64,000 bases of DNA from an uncultured Candidatus Binatia bacterium. GTDB lineage: Bacteria; Desulfobacterota; Binatia; UBA9968; JAJDTQ01. The translations under genes were made by a program, and so were the position numbers. The stretch spans positions 1,408,001 to 1,472,000 of the forward strand of contig OZ251459.1 of the NCBI GenBank assembly GCA_965242525.1, read 5' to 3'. The notes under the pieces are model-generated. The model was given only the letters and a program-made list of their open reading frames with translations, searched no databases and was not told the DNA's origin. This document shows positions 27,231-36,370 of the stretch, in pieces. The first letter of the stretch is position 1. Every line of letters begins with the position of its first letter.

Positions 27231-28504
27231 CTCGATTTTCCCATGCGGGCCAGCAATGAACGCCGTCTTATTTCGACGTCCGCCCGGTCGAGGGCATGGT
27301 CGCGGGGCGAAAGGTTCTCCAACTCCCTCCTGAGCGTCAGGGCTTCTTCCGATTCGCCTTCGTCGTCGCTGACGAGCCGCATGTACCGTTCCAGGGTTTT
27401 CGTGAATTCGTTGCCGGACGGACGCTGGTCCGTCCCCATCACCGAGGAGAGGACCACGCCCGCTTCTGCGCCATAGGTTGCCGAGGCAGGGGAACCGGCG
27501 ACGACACGGCCATCCTCTTCACGGACCAGCTCCACGATACGTTCCGGCTTGACCGTGGTCAGTACCTGCGGGCTGTGGGTGGAGACGATGAACTGTGCGT
27601 TCGGGAACGTCCGGGTGAGGTCGTCCAGTATCCGCTGCTGCCAGGAAGGATGCAGGTGCAGATCGACTTCGTCGATGAGAACCACCGCCTCGGATTCGAG
27701 AGGGTTGTCGAGATGTGGATTCCCTTGCGCCATCCGCCAAGCCAGGTCGGCCGCGAGGGCAAGCACCGCGCGATAGCCTCCGCTCAACTGGTCGAGAGCC
27801 AGTTTCTCGCTCTTCCGTCCCGTTCTCACGGACACCACGAACCGAGGCGGGTCCATCTCTATATGGGGTTCAGATACGTCGTCGAGCATGGAGGAGATCG
27901 CACGACGGAGGTTGGACAACTCGTCGAGCTGGTAACCGAAGTCACGCCGCTCCCTCTGTTCTCTCAACTCCTCGTTTTCCTTGAAATAGAACCACTCGAA
28001 CAACCCCTGGAAGTTCGTGCGTGACGAAAGCGCCCCCTTGAAGGCGTCGTATCGGTTCAGGTCCTTCCTGAAATCGGACCACCGCTCCGTCTGATCGAAG
28101 ATGACACGGTCGGTGTCGTAGAAGGCAACGATGGGAAACTCGACCCGCCGCCCAGCCTCGTGATCGCTGACGATTTCATCCGTTCTGTCTTTCAAGGCGC
28201 TGGTGTATTCTCGTTGCGCCGGTTGTCCTTTGGCTACGGTTCCGGACCAGGAAATACCTTCGACCGTGGTGAGGGCGACGTGTAAATCCGACGCGCCCAC
28301 ACGCAAATCGGTATCGAGAAGACCTCTCTCGGAGACGTTGGCAAACAGGTGGGGAATGGCGCCGAGCCCGGCTGCGACCGCGCCCAGAACGCTCGTCTTC
28401 CCGTGTGCGTTGGCGCCATGCAGAACCGTGAGCCGCGGGTCGAGCGTCAAGGCGAGCTTATCGACCGCACGGAAGTTCTCGATCTCCACCGATGCCAGCT
28501 TCAT
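27227..28504 (-). CDS. ptuA: Septu-type ATPase PtuA (copy 2)
   Basis: GANAHGKTS, LSGG, LIDEVDLHLHPSWQQ, STHSP; paralog of 18747-20015. Confidence 0.82.
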   Translation of the reverse strand: MKLASVEIENFRAVDKLALTLDPRLTVLHGANAHGKTSVLGAVAAGLGAIPHLFANVSERGLLDTDLRVGASDLHVALTTVEGISWSGTVAKGQPAQREYTSALKDRTDEIVSDHEAGRRVEFPIVAFYDTDRVIFDQTERWSDFRKDLNRYDAFKGALSSRTNFQGLFEWFYFKENEELREQRERRDFGYQLDELSNLRRAISSMLDDVSEPHIEMDPPRFVVSVRTGRKSEKLALDQLSGGYRAVLALAADLAWRMAQGNPHLDNPLESEAVVLIDEVDLHLHPSWQQRILDDLTRTFPNAQFIVSTHSPQVLTTVKPERIVELVREEDGRVVAGSPASATYGAEAGVVLSSVMGTDQRPSGNEFTKTLERYMRLVSDDEGESEEALTLRRELENLSPRDHALDRADVEIRRRSLLARMGKSR

Positions 28505-28531
28505 GGTCCCGACCCTTTCCCCTGGCCGAGT

Positions 28532-28726
28532 TCACTTTCCGAGACGACCGAGTTTGTTCAGGAGATGGTAGGACATGTCCTGGACCGTCACGTGGCAGGG
28601 ATTGAACGACCTGTCGCCGCAGCCCTCGGACTTGGCGGATACCGATGCCACGTTCTGGAAGGCGATGACGCAAAGCGCCAGCGCGATGACCGTCAACACG
28701 ACCTTGCTGTAGAGATCCAGTTTCAT
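28532..28726 (-). CDS. Small single-TM/secreted hypothetical protein (64 aa)
   Basis: GGAGG RBS; MKLDLYSKVVLTVIALALCVIAFQN hydrophobic helix; Cys pair CGDRSFNPC. Confidence 0.65.
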   Translation of the reverse strand: MKLDLYSKVVLTVIALALCVIAFQNVASVSAKSEGCGDRSFNPCHVTVQDMSYHLLNKLGRLGK

Positions 28727-28847
28727 GGTTGCCTCCTCCATATGGGGTTTCTCCTGTTCATAAGGAGAAATTCACGGGAATGACGGGAGTGGGTCGGAAC
28801 GACAGAAGAAGAGGACCATCGGTGGAACCACCGGGATCGACGCACCT

Positions 28848-29342
28848 TCATGCGAAGCCCCCCCTCCTCCGCGGCTCCGTCAGCAGGAAGCGCAGCGCGG
28901 TGAGCACCCGGCGGGGGTTCTTGCGGTGCATGGCCATGCCGAGCCAGTAGGCGGCCTCTTCGCGTCCCATGGCTTCGATGCCTTCGGCCACCGACCGCAT
29001 GTTGTCGCGGCTTCGCATGGGAGCAAGCGTGCGGAACAGCAACCCCAGCGTCAACGCCAGATCCTCGTCCAGGGCGTAGCCCCGTTTCCGGGCGTCCGCA
29101 TCCAGGCCGAGCCTGACGCCGGACTGCGCCAGCCGTTTCAGCAACCGGTGCTCCACCAGTTCGAGGTTGCGGCCCCGAAGCCCGGCCACGCGCGCCGCGG
29201 AGGTCACCTGCGGCGTGGCGGCCGCGGGCATCCGCCAGACCTCGTATTCCGCGTCCGCGGGACCGTGGCGGCGCACCCGCAACTCGTACCGGGGGGCCGA
29301 TTCCGGCGTGTCGATCTGGGCGATCCTCTCCAACCGCGCCAT
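28848..29342 (-). CDS. Small RL-system protein in the DUF3780-equivalent position
   Basis: 164 aa; ATG directly abuts the DUF499 stop; C-terminal helix MGREEAAYWLGMAM...RVLTALR; family name inferred from position. Confidence 0.7.
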   Translation of the reverse strand: MARLERIAQIDTPESAPRYELRVRRHGPADAEYEVWRMPAAATPQVTSAARVAGLRGRNLELVEHRLLKRLAQSGVRLGLDADARKRGYALDEDLALTLGLLFRTLAPMRSRDNMRSVAEGIEAMGREEAAYWLGMAMHRKNPRRVLTALRFLLTEPRRRGGFA

Positions 29343-32300
29343 CTATGCCTTCGCTTCCGCGGTGGCCGACACGTAGGCGGCGCCGCTGGCGAACCGCGCC
29401 AACCGCTGGGTCATCTTCTCCGGGGCGTCGCCCTGCATGGGCAGTCCCTCGGCGAAGGTCAACTCGAAACCCACTTCCATGGTCTGGGAGGCGGCGTCGC
29501 GAAGCTGGGCTTCGAGGAACTCCCGCACCGGCTGGGCGTCCGACACCGGCCCCCGGAACTCCAACTGGAACGAGCCGCGGTCACGGGTTTCGTACCCGCC
29601 GACGAGGGTCACCAGCTTGTCCGCGCCGGAAACGGCGCCCACCGCTCCCATCAGCCGAAAGGCGTCCCCGGCCTCGAACAGACGGATGGCGAGGACCGCG
29701 ACCTTCTCGATCTTCCGGGCGCGGGCCTGTTCCCAGAGCTTGGCCAAGGCTTCCTCGAGCAGGCCTTCGGCCGACAGGACGCCGGGAGGCGGTTCTTCCA
29801 CCCTGCCAGCGCCGTCCCCCGGAAGAGTCACATACGTTGTTTCCCTTTCCCGGTCCGTGTCCTTTCCGGCAGGGTCGGCGGCAGGCCGGCGGGGCGTCTC
29901 CGGTTCCGGCCGCGGCCAGATCCCCTTCTCCACCGCATAAGCCATGGTGAAGACCATGGACTGCTCATCCACGGCGATGGTGGGCAACGGGTCGCCGGGA
30001 CCGCACAGCAGGTCGCCGCGCTGATAGACGTATTCCCCCCGCTCGATGCCGCGCAGGATGCCGCGGATGAAGATATCGTCGCCCACCAGGATGGGCAGCG
30101 CCGGGTCCCGGCGGAACTCGTCGCGCAACGCGAGGGTCGTGATCTGCCCCTTGCGGAGCGGCGTGCGGTCGCGCACGTACGCGGGAGAGTCCGGCTCGTC
30201 CTCGGCAAGGCGGAGTTTCGACAGGTCCCGGAGGGCGCGCACGACTTGCCGTTGTCCCGAGCCGGGGCGGTCCGAGGTCGATTGCACGTCGATGGCCGAG
30301 TGCGCCAGATCGACGTTGCTCGCGCCGATGCGGTTCCGCGACGGGTAGAAGACGTGGCGGTAGCACTGCTGGACGGCCAGGGCCAACTCCTGCTCGGAAC
30401 GGGCTTCCAGTTCGCGGATCTTGTCCTGCTGGTACTCCGCGAGGTCCACCAGCCGCTCGGGCTTCTTCAGGTCCTGCAACGCCAGCCGCCGCTGGGACTT
30501 GCGCCGCATCTCCTCCTTGCGGGCGTCGTCCGCGGCCAGGAACACCAGGTTGTTGCGCAGCGTCCGCAGCGCAGAGCCTTCCGAACCCTTGCGGGAGTGG
30601 ATGCGTTCGATCAACTCGGGAACGCTCTCCACCGCGCTGCCGATGGCCACGCCGTCGTAGGCGAGCACCACCAGCCTGGGGCGGCCGTCGCCCACCTCGT
30701 CGGGGGCGTCGAAGGGGCCGCCCGGGAACGTTACGGCCTCGAAGGCGCCGCCCGCGCCGCCGCCGAAGATGCCGCGGATGCAGTCGTCCAGGTGGGCGCG
30801 GGTCTCGCCGGCGTCCACGTGCTGTTCCTGGCGCCGGATGATCTGGCTCAGGTTGGCTTCGGCGAGGAAGCGCATGGGCGCGCCGGGCCGGTCGTCGAGG
30901 TAGGCGGATTCCGCGACGAACTTCCGGCGCGCCTCCTCCACGAAGCTCAGGTCCAGGCCCGGGGCCAGCATGGAGTAGCGCAACTGGTGGGGAGACAGGC
31001 CCTTGAGGGGGTCGTTGAACGCGAGGGTGTGCATGAAGATCGTGCGCGCCACGTATGCGGCGTAGGGCGGCAGGCCCCGGTGGTGCTCGACGTCCATCTC
31101 CTCGGCCAGCGCCCTCTTGTCCGCGCCCGCCACGTCGTTGGCCATGGCCGGCAGGTATGCGGTCTGGCCGAGACGGGTGACGATCTCTTGCCGGATGGGC
31201 TCGTGGCCCGGGTCCATGTGGTGGAGATGGATCGCCGCGGCGTCCGCGGGCCGCTGCCGCCACAGGTGGGCGATGGTGCGGGCCAGCAGCCGCAGCATCC
31301 CGCGCACGCGCTGGAAGTTGCCCAGGGTTGCGGTCTTGGCCGTCAGGGTTCCCAGCACCTCGGGATGCAGCGGGTAGCTCCAGCGGAACGCCTCGGTGGT
31401 CTCGGGGCGCCCGGCGTCGCCGGACAGCGCCTCGCCGCCGGCGCTCCAAATCTCGCGGTACGCTGCGACGACCGAAGCGGCCCGGGAATCGTCGATGGCT
31501 TCGAACAGGCGCCGGCGCAGCACCTGCGCGGTCTCGTCCTCTTCCGTGGGGTTGAGCAGCGTGGCCTTGCGCGCGGAGACGCTCTCGGCTTCGGCCAGGC
31601 GGTCGGCGATGAACTGGTTCTCCGCACCGTAGGCATCCCCGGCGCGTCCGTCCTTGCCGATGGCCAGGGTATAGACGAGAGTCGCGTTGGGCGCTCCCTC
31701 CACCGCCTTGAACAGCGAGGTCAGGAACGCGGTCAACTGGTCGTGGGCGCCGTCGAACCGGCGCACCTTGCGCAGATACACCGAGAGCTCGTCGAGCAGG
31801 ACCAGGGTGGGTTCGCCCCCGAAGAGCTCCCGCAGGGTTTCGGCGCCCGGCGCCGCCCGATGCTCGTCGCTGGCGCGGACCCGTTCGTACCCTTCCCGCC
31901 CGGCGAGGGCGTAAGCGATCTCTCCCCAGGGCGTGCACGCCAGCACGCCATCGCCCATGGCCCGCCCGTTGGCGGGGTCCGCGTTCTCGCCGTCGAAGGC
32001 GGCGACCCGGACCGGGGCTTGCGGCAGCAGCGCAGGATCCACGAACTCGCCCGCGTCGGCCACGCCGGCCATGCCCCGGGCGGCATGGGTCAAGGCGATG
32101 AGGCCGTGGGTCTTGCCGCCGCCGTACGATGTGTCGAGCCGGAAGATCGCGGCGGCCTCGCCGCCCTTGCCGGTCAACCGCCGGCACACGTTGGCGAGCA
32201 GGTTCCTGATCCCCCTGGTGGGGTAGGTGTTGGCGAAGAAGCGGACCGGGTCCCGGTATTCGGCACTACCCTTCCCCACCACCACCTGGGCCAAGTCCGC

Positions 32301-32381
32301 GGCGAAGTCGGCTTCGGCAACGGTGCCGGTGAGGACGTCCTCCCGCGGGCGGCAGGTATCGAATATGGTCGGGACCGTCAT
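29343..32381 (-). CDS. DUF499 AAA+ ATPase (RL-system component)
   Basis: PREDVL...FAADL, FFANTYPT, Walker A TSYGGGKTH, Walker B LVLLDEL, YPLHP, FQRVRGMLRLLA. Confidence 0.92.
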   Translation of the reverse strand: MTVPTIFDTCRPREDVLTGTVAEADFAADLAQVVVGKGSAEYRDPVRFFANTYPTRGIRNLLANVCRRLTGKGGEAAAIFRLDTSYGGGKTHGLIALTHAARGMAGVADAGEFVDPALLPQAPVRVAAFDGENADPANGRAMGDGVLACTPWGEIAYALAGREGYERVRASDEHRAAPGAETLRELFGGEPTLVLLDELSVYLRKVRRFDGAHDQLTAFLTSLFKAVEGAPNATLVYTLAIGKDGRAGDAYGAENQFIADRLAEAESVSARKATLLNPTEEDETAQVLRRRLFEAIDDSRAASVVAAYREIWSAGGEALSGDAGRPETTEAFRWSYPLHPEVLGTLTAKTATLGNFQRVRGMLRLLARTIAHLWRQRPADAAAIHLHHMDPGHEPIRQEIVTRLGQTAYLPAMANDVAGADKRALAEEMDVEHHRGLPPYAAYVARTIFMHTLAFNDPLKGLSPHQLRYSMLAPGLDLSFVEEARRKFVAESAYLDDRPGAPMRFLAEANLSQIIRRQEQHVDAGETRAHLDDCIRGIFGGGAGGAFEAVTFPGGPFDAPDEVGDGRPRLVVLAYDGVAIGSAVESVPELIERIHSRKGSEGSALRTLRNNLVFLAADDARKEEMRRKSQRRLALQDLKKPERLVDLAEYQQDKIRELEARSEQELALAVQQCYRHVFYPSRNRIGASNVDLAHSAIDVQSTSDRPGSGQRQVVRALRDLSKLRLAEDEPDSPAYVRDRTPLRKGQITTLALRDEFRRDPALPILVGDDIFIRGILRGIERGEYVYQRGDLLCGPGDPLPTIAVDEQSMVFTMAYAVEKGIWPRPEPETPRRPAADPAGKDTDRERETTYVTLPGDGAGRVEEPPPGVLSAEGLLEEALAKLWEQARARKIEKVAVLAIRLFEAGDAFRLMGAVGAVSGADKLVTLVGGYETRDRGSFQLEFRGPVSDAQPVREFLEAQLRDAASQTMEVGFELTFAEGLPMQGDAPEKMTQRLARFASGAAYVSATAEAKA

Positions 32382-32433
32382 GGGGCGCTCTGCGCTTTTC
32401 TCCGGGAACGTCTGGATAATGCCAGATTTCCCT

Positions 32434-32476
32434 TGGGAAAGCGCGTCCTTCGACTTCGCTTCGCTACGCTCAGGAC
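32434..32476 (-). repeat. REP-like dispersed repeat, copy 1
   Basis: GCGCGTCCTTCGACTTCGCTTCGCTACGCTCAGGAC. Confidence 0.85.
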
Positions 32477-32589
32477 AAGCGGTTGGGGGCTCCGTCCTTC
32501 CATCCCTGTCCCTCTTCTCCCCGCAAAGGAGGCGAGGTCCCTGCGCCGCGGCCGAAAACCCGCTAAGACCCTGCGCCGAGTTGGACGCT

Positions 32590-33969
32590 TCAGCGGGTCA
32601 AGGCCGCCATCACGTCGTCGGCGCCGATGAGGTGGTCGATGCGTCCGGTGGTTCGGGCGGTCCCGCCCAGCCAGCAACTCGTGACGATGCGCCGGCCCCG
32701 GGCCAGGGGCATCCGTTCCGCCTTCCGGCGCAACCCTCGGTCGATGGCGTCGAGGTCGAGCCGCCGCTTCCGGTCGGACCACTTGCACTCGCCCAGCAGC
32801 AGCGACTTCCGATCGAGGGAAAGCGCCGCCACGTCCACCTCGGCCTGCCGGCCGTTCTCCCACCAGGACGACGCTGCGCCCCAGGGCTCGGTGAGACCGT
32901 GCATCCACGGCGCCGCGGCGCGGCACAAATCCTCCCAACAGCCGGCGAAGAAACCCTGCCGACCCTGCCGCCAACCGTGGACGGCTTCACGCACGACCCC
33001 CTGGGCCAAGGACGATTCATGCGGCAGCACGAACCTGAAGTAGAAACGCAGGAAGGGGTCGTCCAGGCGATAGAGCGCACGGCGCGTCTTCCTGCGGTCC
33101 TCGCCGAAAGGCACGTGGCGGCGAACGTACCCCAGTTCGCAGAGTTGGGACAGGGGCCGCGCCAGACTGGAAGTCGGCTTGGCCAGTCGTGACGCGATCT
33201 CCGACGGGCGGTGGCAGCCGGCGCCGATGAGGGAGAGGATCGAGTACGGTTGCGCCGCGCTGCGCAGGTCGTCGAGGAGCAACCGGCTCGGCTCGCCGTG
33301 CAGGACGCCGTGGGGATTCCACACCAGGTCTTCCAGCGCTTCTTCCTGGTTGGGGTACTCCGACGCCAGCTCCCAGTAACGAGGCACGCCGCCCCAGGTC
33401 GCGAAGGCTTCCACCGCGTCGGCGGAACCGAGCGCCAGCGCGGGCATCAACCAGCCGGCGGCCAGCGGCTCGACCCTGATGATCTCCCGCGCCCGCCCAT
33501 AGAGGGGCGCAGTCCGGTCCACGGCCATGCCCTGCATCATGCGCTGCGACGACCCGCACAGGACCCACGCGACCCTTCCGCCGGGACGGTCGAGGTAACG
33601 CTGCAAGACGCTCGACAGGGCGGGGTCGGCATGCGCAAGGTACGGGAACTCGTCCAGGCAGACGTGGACGAGCCGGTCGGCGCGGGCGTACAGCGACGCC
33701 AGCAACTCATCCCACGTGCGGTACGCCGCCTTGTCGAAATCGGGCAGCCGGCGGGCCAGGACCGCAGCCAGCGACGCCAGTTGCAGCGGTGTTTCGCGCT
33801 GGTCCGCCTGGAAGTAAACGTGCTCCGGGCCGAGCACCCGTTGGAGCAACGTGGACTTCCCGCACCGACGGCGCCCATAGACCACCGCCAATCCGCCGTT
33901 TCGGTTCGCCAGGAACCGGCCGAGCCTGCGGGTCTCGTCGTCCCGGTCGTAAAAGGTCTTCGTCATCAA
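32590..33969 (-). CDS. Archaeal-type ATPase with wHTH and C-terminal PD-(D/E)xK (DUF234) domain
   Basis: FYDR, YGRRRCGKS, CLDEFPYL, LCGSS, GGVPRY, DDPFLRFYFRF, EVDVAA...GECKW. Confidence 0.88.
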   Translation of the reverse strand: MMTKTFYDRDDETRRLGRFLANRNGGLAVVYGRRRCGKSTLLQRVLGPEHVYFQADQRETPLQLASLAAVLARRLPDFDKAAYRTWDELLASLYARADRLVHVCLDEFPYLAHADPALSSVLQRYLDRPGGRVAWVLCGSSQRMMQGMAVDRTAPLYGRAREIIRVEPLAAGWLMPALALGSADAVEAFATWGGVPRYWELASEYPNQEEALEDLVWNPHGVLHGEPSRLLLDDLRSAAQPYSILSLIGAGCHRPSEIASRLAKPTSSLARPLSQLCELGYVRRHVPFGEDRRKTRRALYRLDDPFLRFYFRFVLPHESSLAQGVVREAVHGWRQGRQGFFAGCWEDLCRAAAPWMHGLTEPWGAASSWWENGRQAEVDVAALSLDRKSLLLGECKWSDRKRRLDLDAIDRGLRRKAERMPLARGRRIVTSCWLGGTARTTGRIDHLIGADDVMAALTR

Positions 33970-33976
33970 TGATGTC

Positions 33977-33997
33977 TCTCATACAGTATGTATGAGA
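33977..33997. promoter_or_regulatory. Palindromic operator candidate TCTCATAC-N5-GTATGAGA
   Basis: Perfect 8-bp inverted repeat in an AT-rich patch 8 bp upstream of the ATPase start. Confidence 0.55.
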
Positions 33998-34141
33998 AGC
34001 ATATCTATGGACCCGACCGCGGTCAACCCGCGAGCCAACATGGACCCTGCCCATGGCGCTCTCCGGGCGACCGTCCGCAACCGAAACGTTGGCAACGGAC
34101 TCGTTGTCGGAACCTCTGAACGATCGGGACAGGGGGCATGA

Positions 34142-34185
34142 GCGCGTCCTTCGACTCCGCTTCGCTACGCTCAGGACGAACGGGG
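34142..34185 (-). repeat. REP-like dispersed repeat, copy 2
   Basis: GCGCGTCCTTCGACTCCGCTTCGCTACGCTCAGGACGAACGGGG. Confidence 0.85.
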
Positions 34186-34252
34186 ATAGGGGTCAGGGTG
34201 AAGGAATCGGGAATCCATCCCGGATTTCTCGATTGTTCAGAGGTTCCCGTCG

Positions 34253-35419
34253 TCACTGCGCCGCGGTGCGCCGGCCTCGGAACAGGGCCGAGACGCTGCC
34301 GCCGATGGCGAGGGAGACCAGGGCCAGGGCCACGAAACCCCAGTGGAAACCCAGGTCGGCCACCAGCACCCCGGCGAGCAGGGGACCGAACATGCGCCCG
34401 AAGGAGGTTGCGGCGCGGATCAGTCCGAGGGCCACGCCCTTGCTGTCGTCGTCCGCGAGTTGCAGGGCCAGGGTGGTGGAGCCCACGTTGGAGAGTCCGA
34501 ACCCCGCGGTCATCAGGCAGAGGGGCAGCAGCAACGCGGCGTAGCTCCGGCCCAGGACCTGCAGGACGAAGGCCGGGACCGTCAGGAACACCCCCGTGAG
34601 GATCACCCGGCGGCTCCCCATGCGGTCGCAGAGCCGCCCCCCCACCAGCCTTCCCGCGGTGTCGGTGAGGCGGGAAACGCTCACCATGGCGCCGATGACG
34701 TCCAGGGTCAGGCCCCGGCGCACCGCCAGGAACGGAAACGCGATCCGGGTCACCCCGATCAGGCACAGGAACGACTGGAAGATGGCCAGGGCCGCGCCCA
34801 GGAAGGCGGCTTGGGCCAGGAGTCCCTTCCCCACCTTCCACAGGGGCGTGGAGCCGCGCTCCACCGGCTTCTCCGTGCGGTGGCCCCTGGCCATCAGGAC
34901 GAAGGCCAACCCGACGGTCTGGGGCACGGCCACCACCAGGAACAGCTTGTCCACGCCCCACCACTCGCCCACCAACCCGCCCATGGTCGGGCCCAGGGCA
35001 AAGCCCAGCCCCAGGGCCGCGGCCACCTGTCCCTGGGCCTTGCCCTGCTGCTCCGGCGTCGATTGCACGAACACGATCCGCCGGATGGCGAGACTGAACA
35101 TGGCCTCGGTGAGACCGAGTACGGCGAACGCGGCCAGGAACACCGCCAGGCTCTCCTGGAAGGCGAACCCCAGGAGGCTGGCGGCCACCGCGACCAGCAT
35201 GGACGCGAGCAGGAGGAAGCTCGAGCGGAAGTAGGAGGCCAGGGCGCCGGACACCACGTCCGAGCAGAGCGCGCCCACGCCGTTGAGCACCAGGGGGACG
35301 CCCACCACGGACACGGGGAACCCCTTGGCGTCCATGTAGAACGGCGCCAGCAAGGCGCTGCCGATGGCGCCGGAGGCCATGCAGACCGCGGCCAGCGAAT
35401 AGAGCAGGTTGGAGGACAT
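34253..35419 (-). CDS. MFS transporter
   Basis: 388 aa, about 12 TM; GRLCDRMGSR motif. Confidence 0.88.
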   Translation of the reverse strand: MSSNLLYSLAAVCMASGAIGSALLAPFYMDAKGFPVSVVGVPLVLNGVGALCSDVVSGALASYFRSSFLLLASMLVAVAASLLGFAFQESLAVFLAAFAVLGLTEAMFSLAIRRIVFVQSTPEQQGKAQGQVAAALGLGFALGPTMGGLVGEWWGVDKLFLVVAVPQTVGLAFVLMARGHRTEKPVERGSTPLWKVGKGLLAQAAFLGAALAIFQSFLCLIGVTRIAFPFLAVRRGLTLDVIGAMVSVSRLTDTAGRLVGGRLCDRMGSRRVILTGVFLTVPAFVLQVLGRSYAALLLPLCLMTAGFGLSNVGSTTLALQLADDDSKGVALGLIRAATSFGRMFGPLLAGVLVADLGFHWGFVALALVSLAIGGSVSALFRGRRTAAQ

Positions 35420-35518
35420 GGGGACCCGTGCTCCGCAACGTGCGATTCCGCGAAGCGGCTCGCGCCAACCGCGTATCCGGCGCGCGGCGAGGGGAGGGAG
35501 TCTGCACGGACGGTTCCG

Positions 35519-36370
35519 TCAGTCTTCCTGGACCACCCCCTTGATCACGTAGTCGCCCGACTTCTCGTCCGCCTCCAGGTCGAGCAGCCGCAAGGCCTGG
35601 GCTTCCTCCAGCAGCTTGCCGAAGGAGCGGAAGCCGTGGTAGCGCTCGTTGAAACCGGGCTTGCGCCGTTTCAACGCCTGCTTCACCATGGACCCCCACA
35701 GGGTGTCCTTCTCGCCGCGCTCGTCGAACAGGTGGGTCACGGTCTCCACCACCAGGTCGAAGGCCTCCTTTTTCTCCTCCTTCTTCTCCTTCTCATCTAC
35801 GGGAGCCGCGGCCGTCTTGCGCGGCGTCCGCGCCGCGGACTTCTCCCGCTTGGCGCCGCCGCCTCGGCGCTTGGAGTCGCGCACCAGGTCGTCGTAGTAG
35901 ATGAACTCGTCGCAGTTGGCGATGAGCAGGTCCGAGGTGGAGTTCTTCACGCCGACGCCGATGACCACCTTGTTGTTCTCCCGGAGCTTGCTGACCAGCG
36001 CGGAGAAGTCGGAATCGCCGCTGATGATGACGAAGGTGTCCACGTGGGACTTGGTGTAACAGAGGTCCAGTGCGTCCACGACCATGCGGATGTCCGCGGA
36101 GTTCTTGCCCGACTGGCGCACGTGGGGGATCTCGATCAACTCGAAGGAGGCCTCGTGCATGGCGGGCTTGAACTCCCGGTAGCGCTCCCAGTCGGAGTAT
36201 GCCTTCTTGACCACGATCTTGCCCTTCACCAGCAGCCGGTCGAGGACTTTGCGCATGTCGAAGTCGGCGTAGCGGGCGTCGCGGACGCCGATGGCGATGT
36301 TCTCGAAGTCGCAGTAGAGGGCCAGGTTCTCGGTCTGCGCCATGTTCTCGGTCTGTGCTCTGTCGTTCAC
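35519..36370 (-). CDS. NYN (LabA/DUF88) domain protein with C-terminal OST-HTH/LOTUS
   Basis: CDFENI, GKNSADIRMVVDALD, ISGDSDFS, FNERYHGFRSFGKLLEEA; alternative start 36343. Confidence 0.9.
   Translation of the reverse strand: MNDRAQTENMAQTENLALYCDFENIAIGVRDARYADFDMRKVLDRLLVKGKIVVKKAYSDWERYREFKPAMHEASFELIEIPHVRQSGKNSADIRMVVDALDLCYTKSHVDTFVIISGDSDFSALVSKLRENNKVVIGVGVKNSTSDLLIANCDEFIYYDDLVRDSKRRGGGAKREKSAARTPRKTAAAPVDEKEKKEEKKEAFDLVVETVTHLFDERGEKDTLWGSMVKQALKRRKPGFNERYHGFRSFGKLLEEAQALRLLDLEADEKSGDYVIKGVVQED

Larger units (their letters stand above)
10732..33969 (-). other. Anti-phage defence island (RL-type system with nested Septu x2, Menshen-like triad and ATPase pair; PIN TA and DUF234 ATPase at the ends)
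   Basis: All genes co-oriented, many with overlapping start/stop codons; the core ~16.6-28.8 kb is visibly less GC-rich than the flanks. Confidence 0.85.

Noticed and set aside
18013-28504. Retron (PtuAB/HNH are often labelled retron effectors)
   Set aside because: No reverse transcriptase ORF (no YADD-type motif) in the window and no recognisable msr-msd inverted-repeat region.
11424-32381. BREX or DISARM
   Set aside because: No PglZ, BrxC/PglX or DrmA/DrmB (DUF1998); the DUF499 + DUF1156 + PLD-SNF2 set fits the restriction-like (RL) family better.
28926-32630. Very long alternative ORFs (e.g. 1234 aa here, 926 aa at 1198-3978, 1126 aa at 55161-58541)
   Set aside because: Antisense or off-frame shadows of motif-bearing genes; expected at high GC, with low-complexity R/G/P/A composition.
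10700-34200. Prophage, ICE or integron as the island's vehicle
   Set aside because: No integrase, transposase, relaxase, phage genes, flanking tRNA or recurring attC-like sites were seen.
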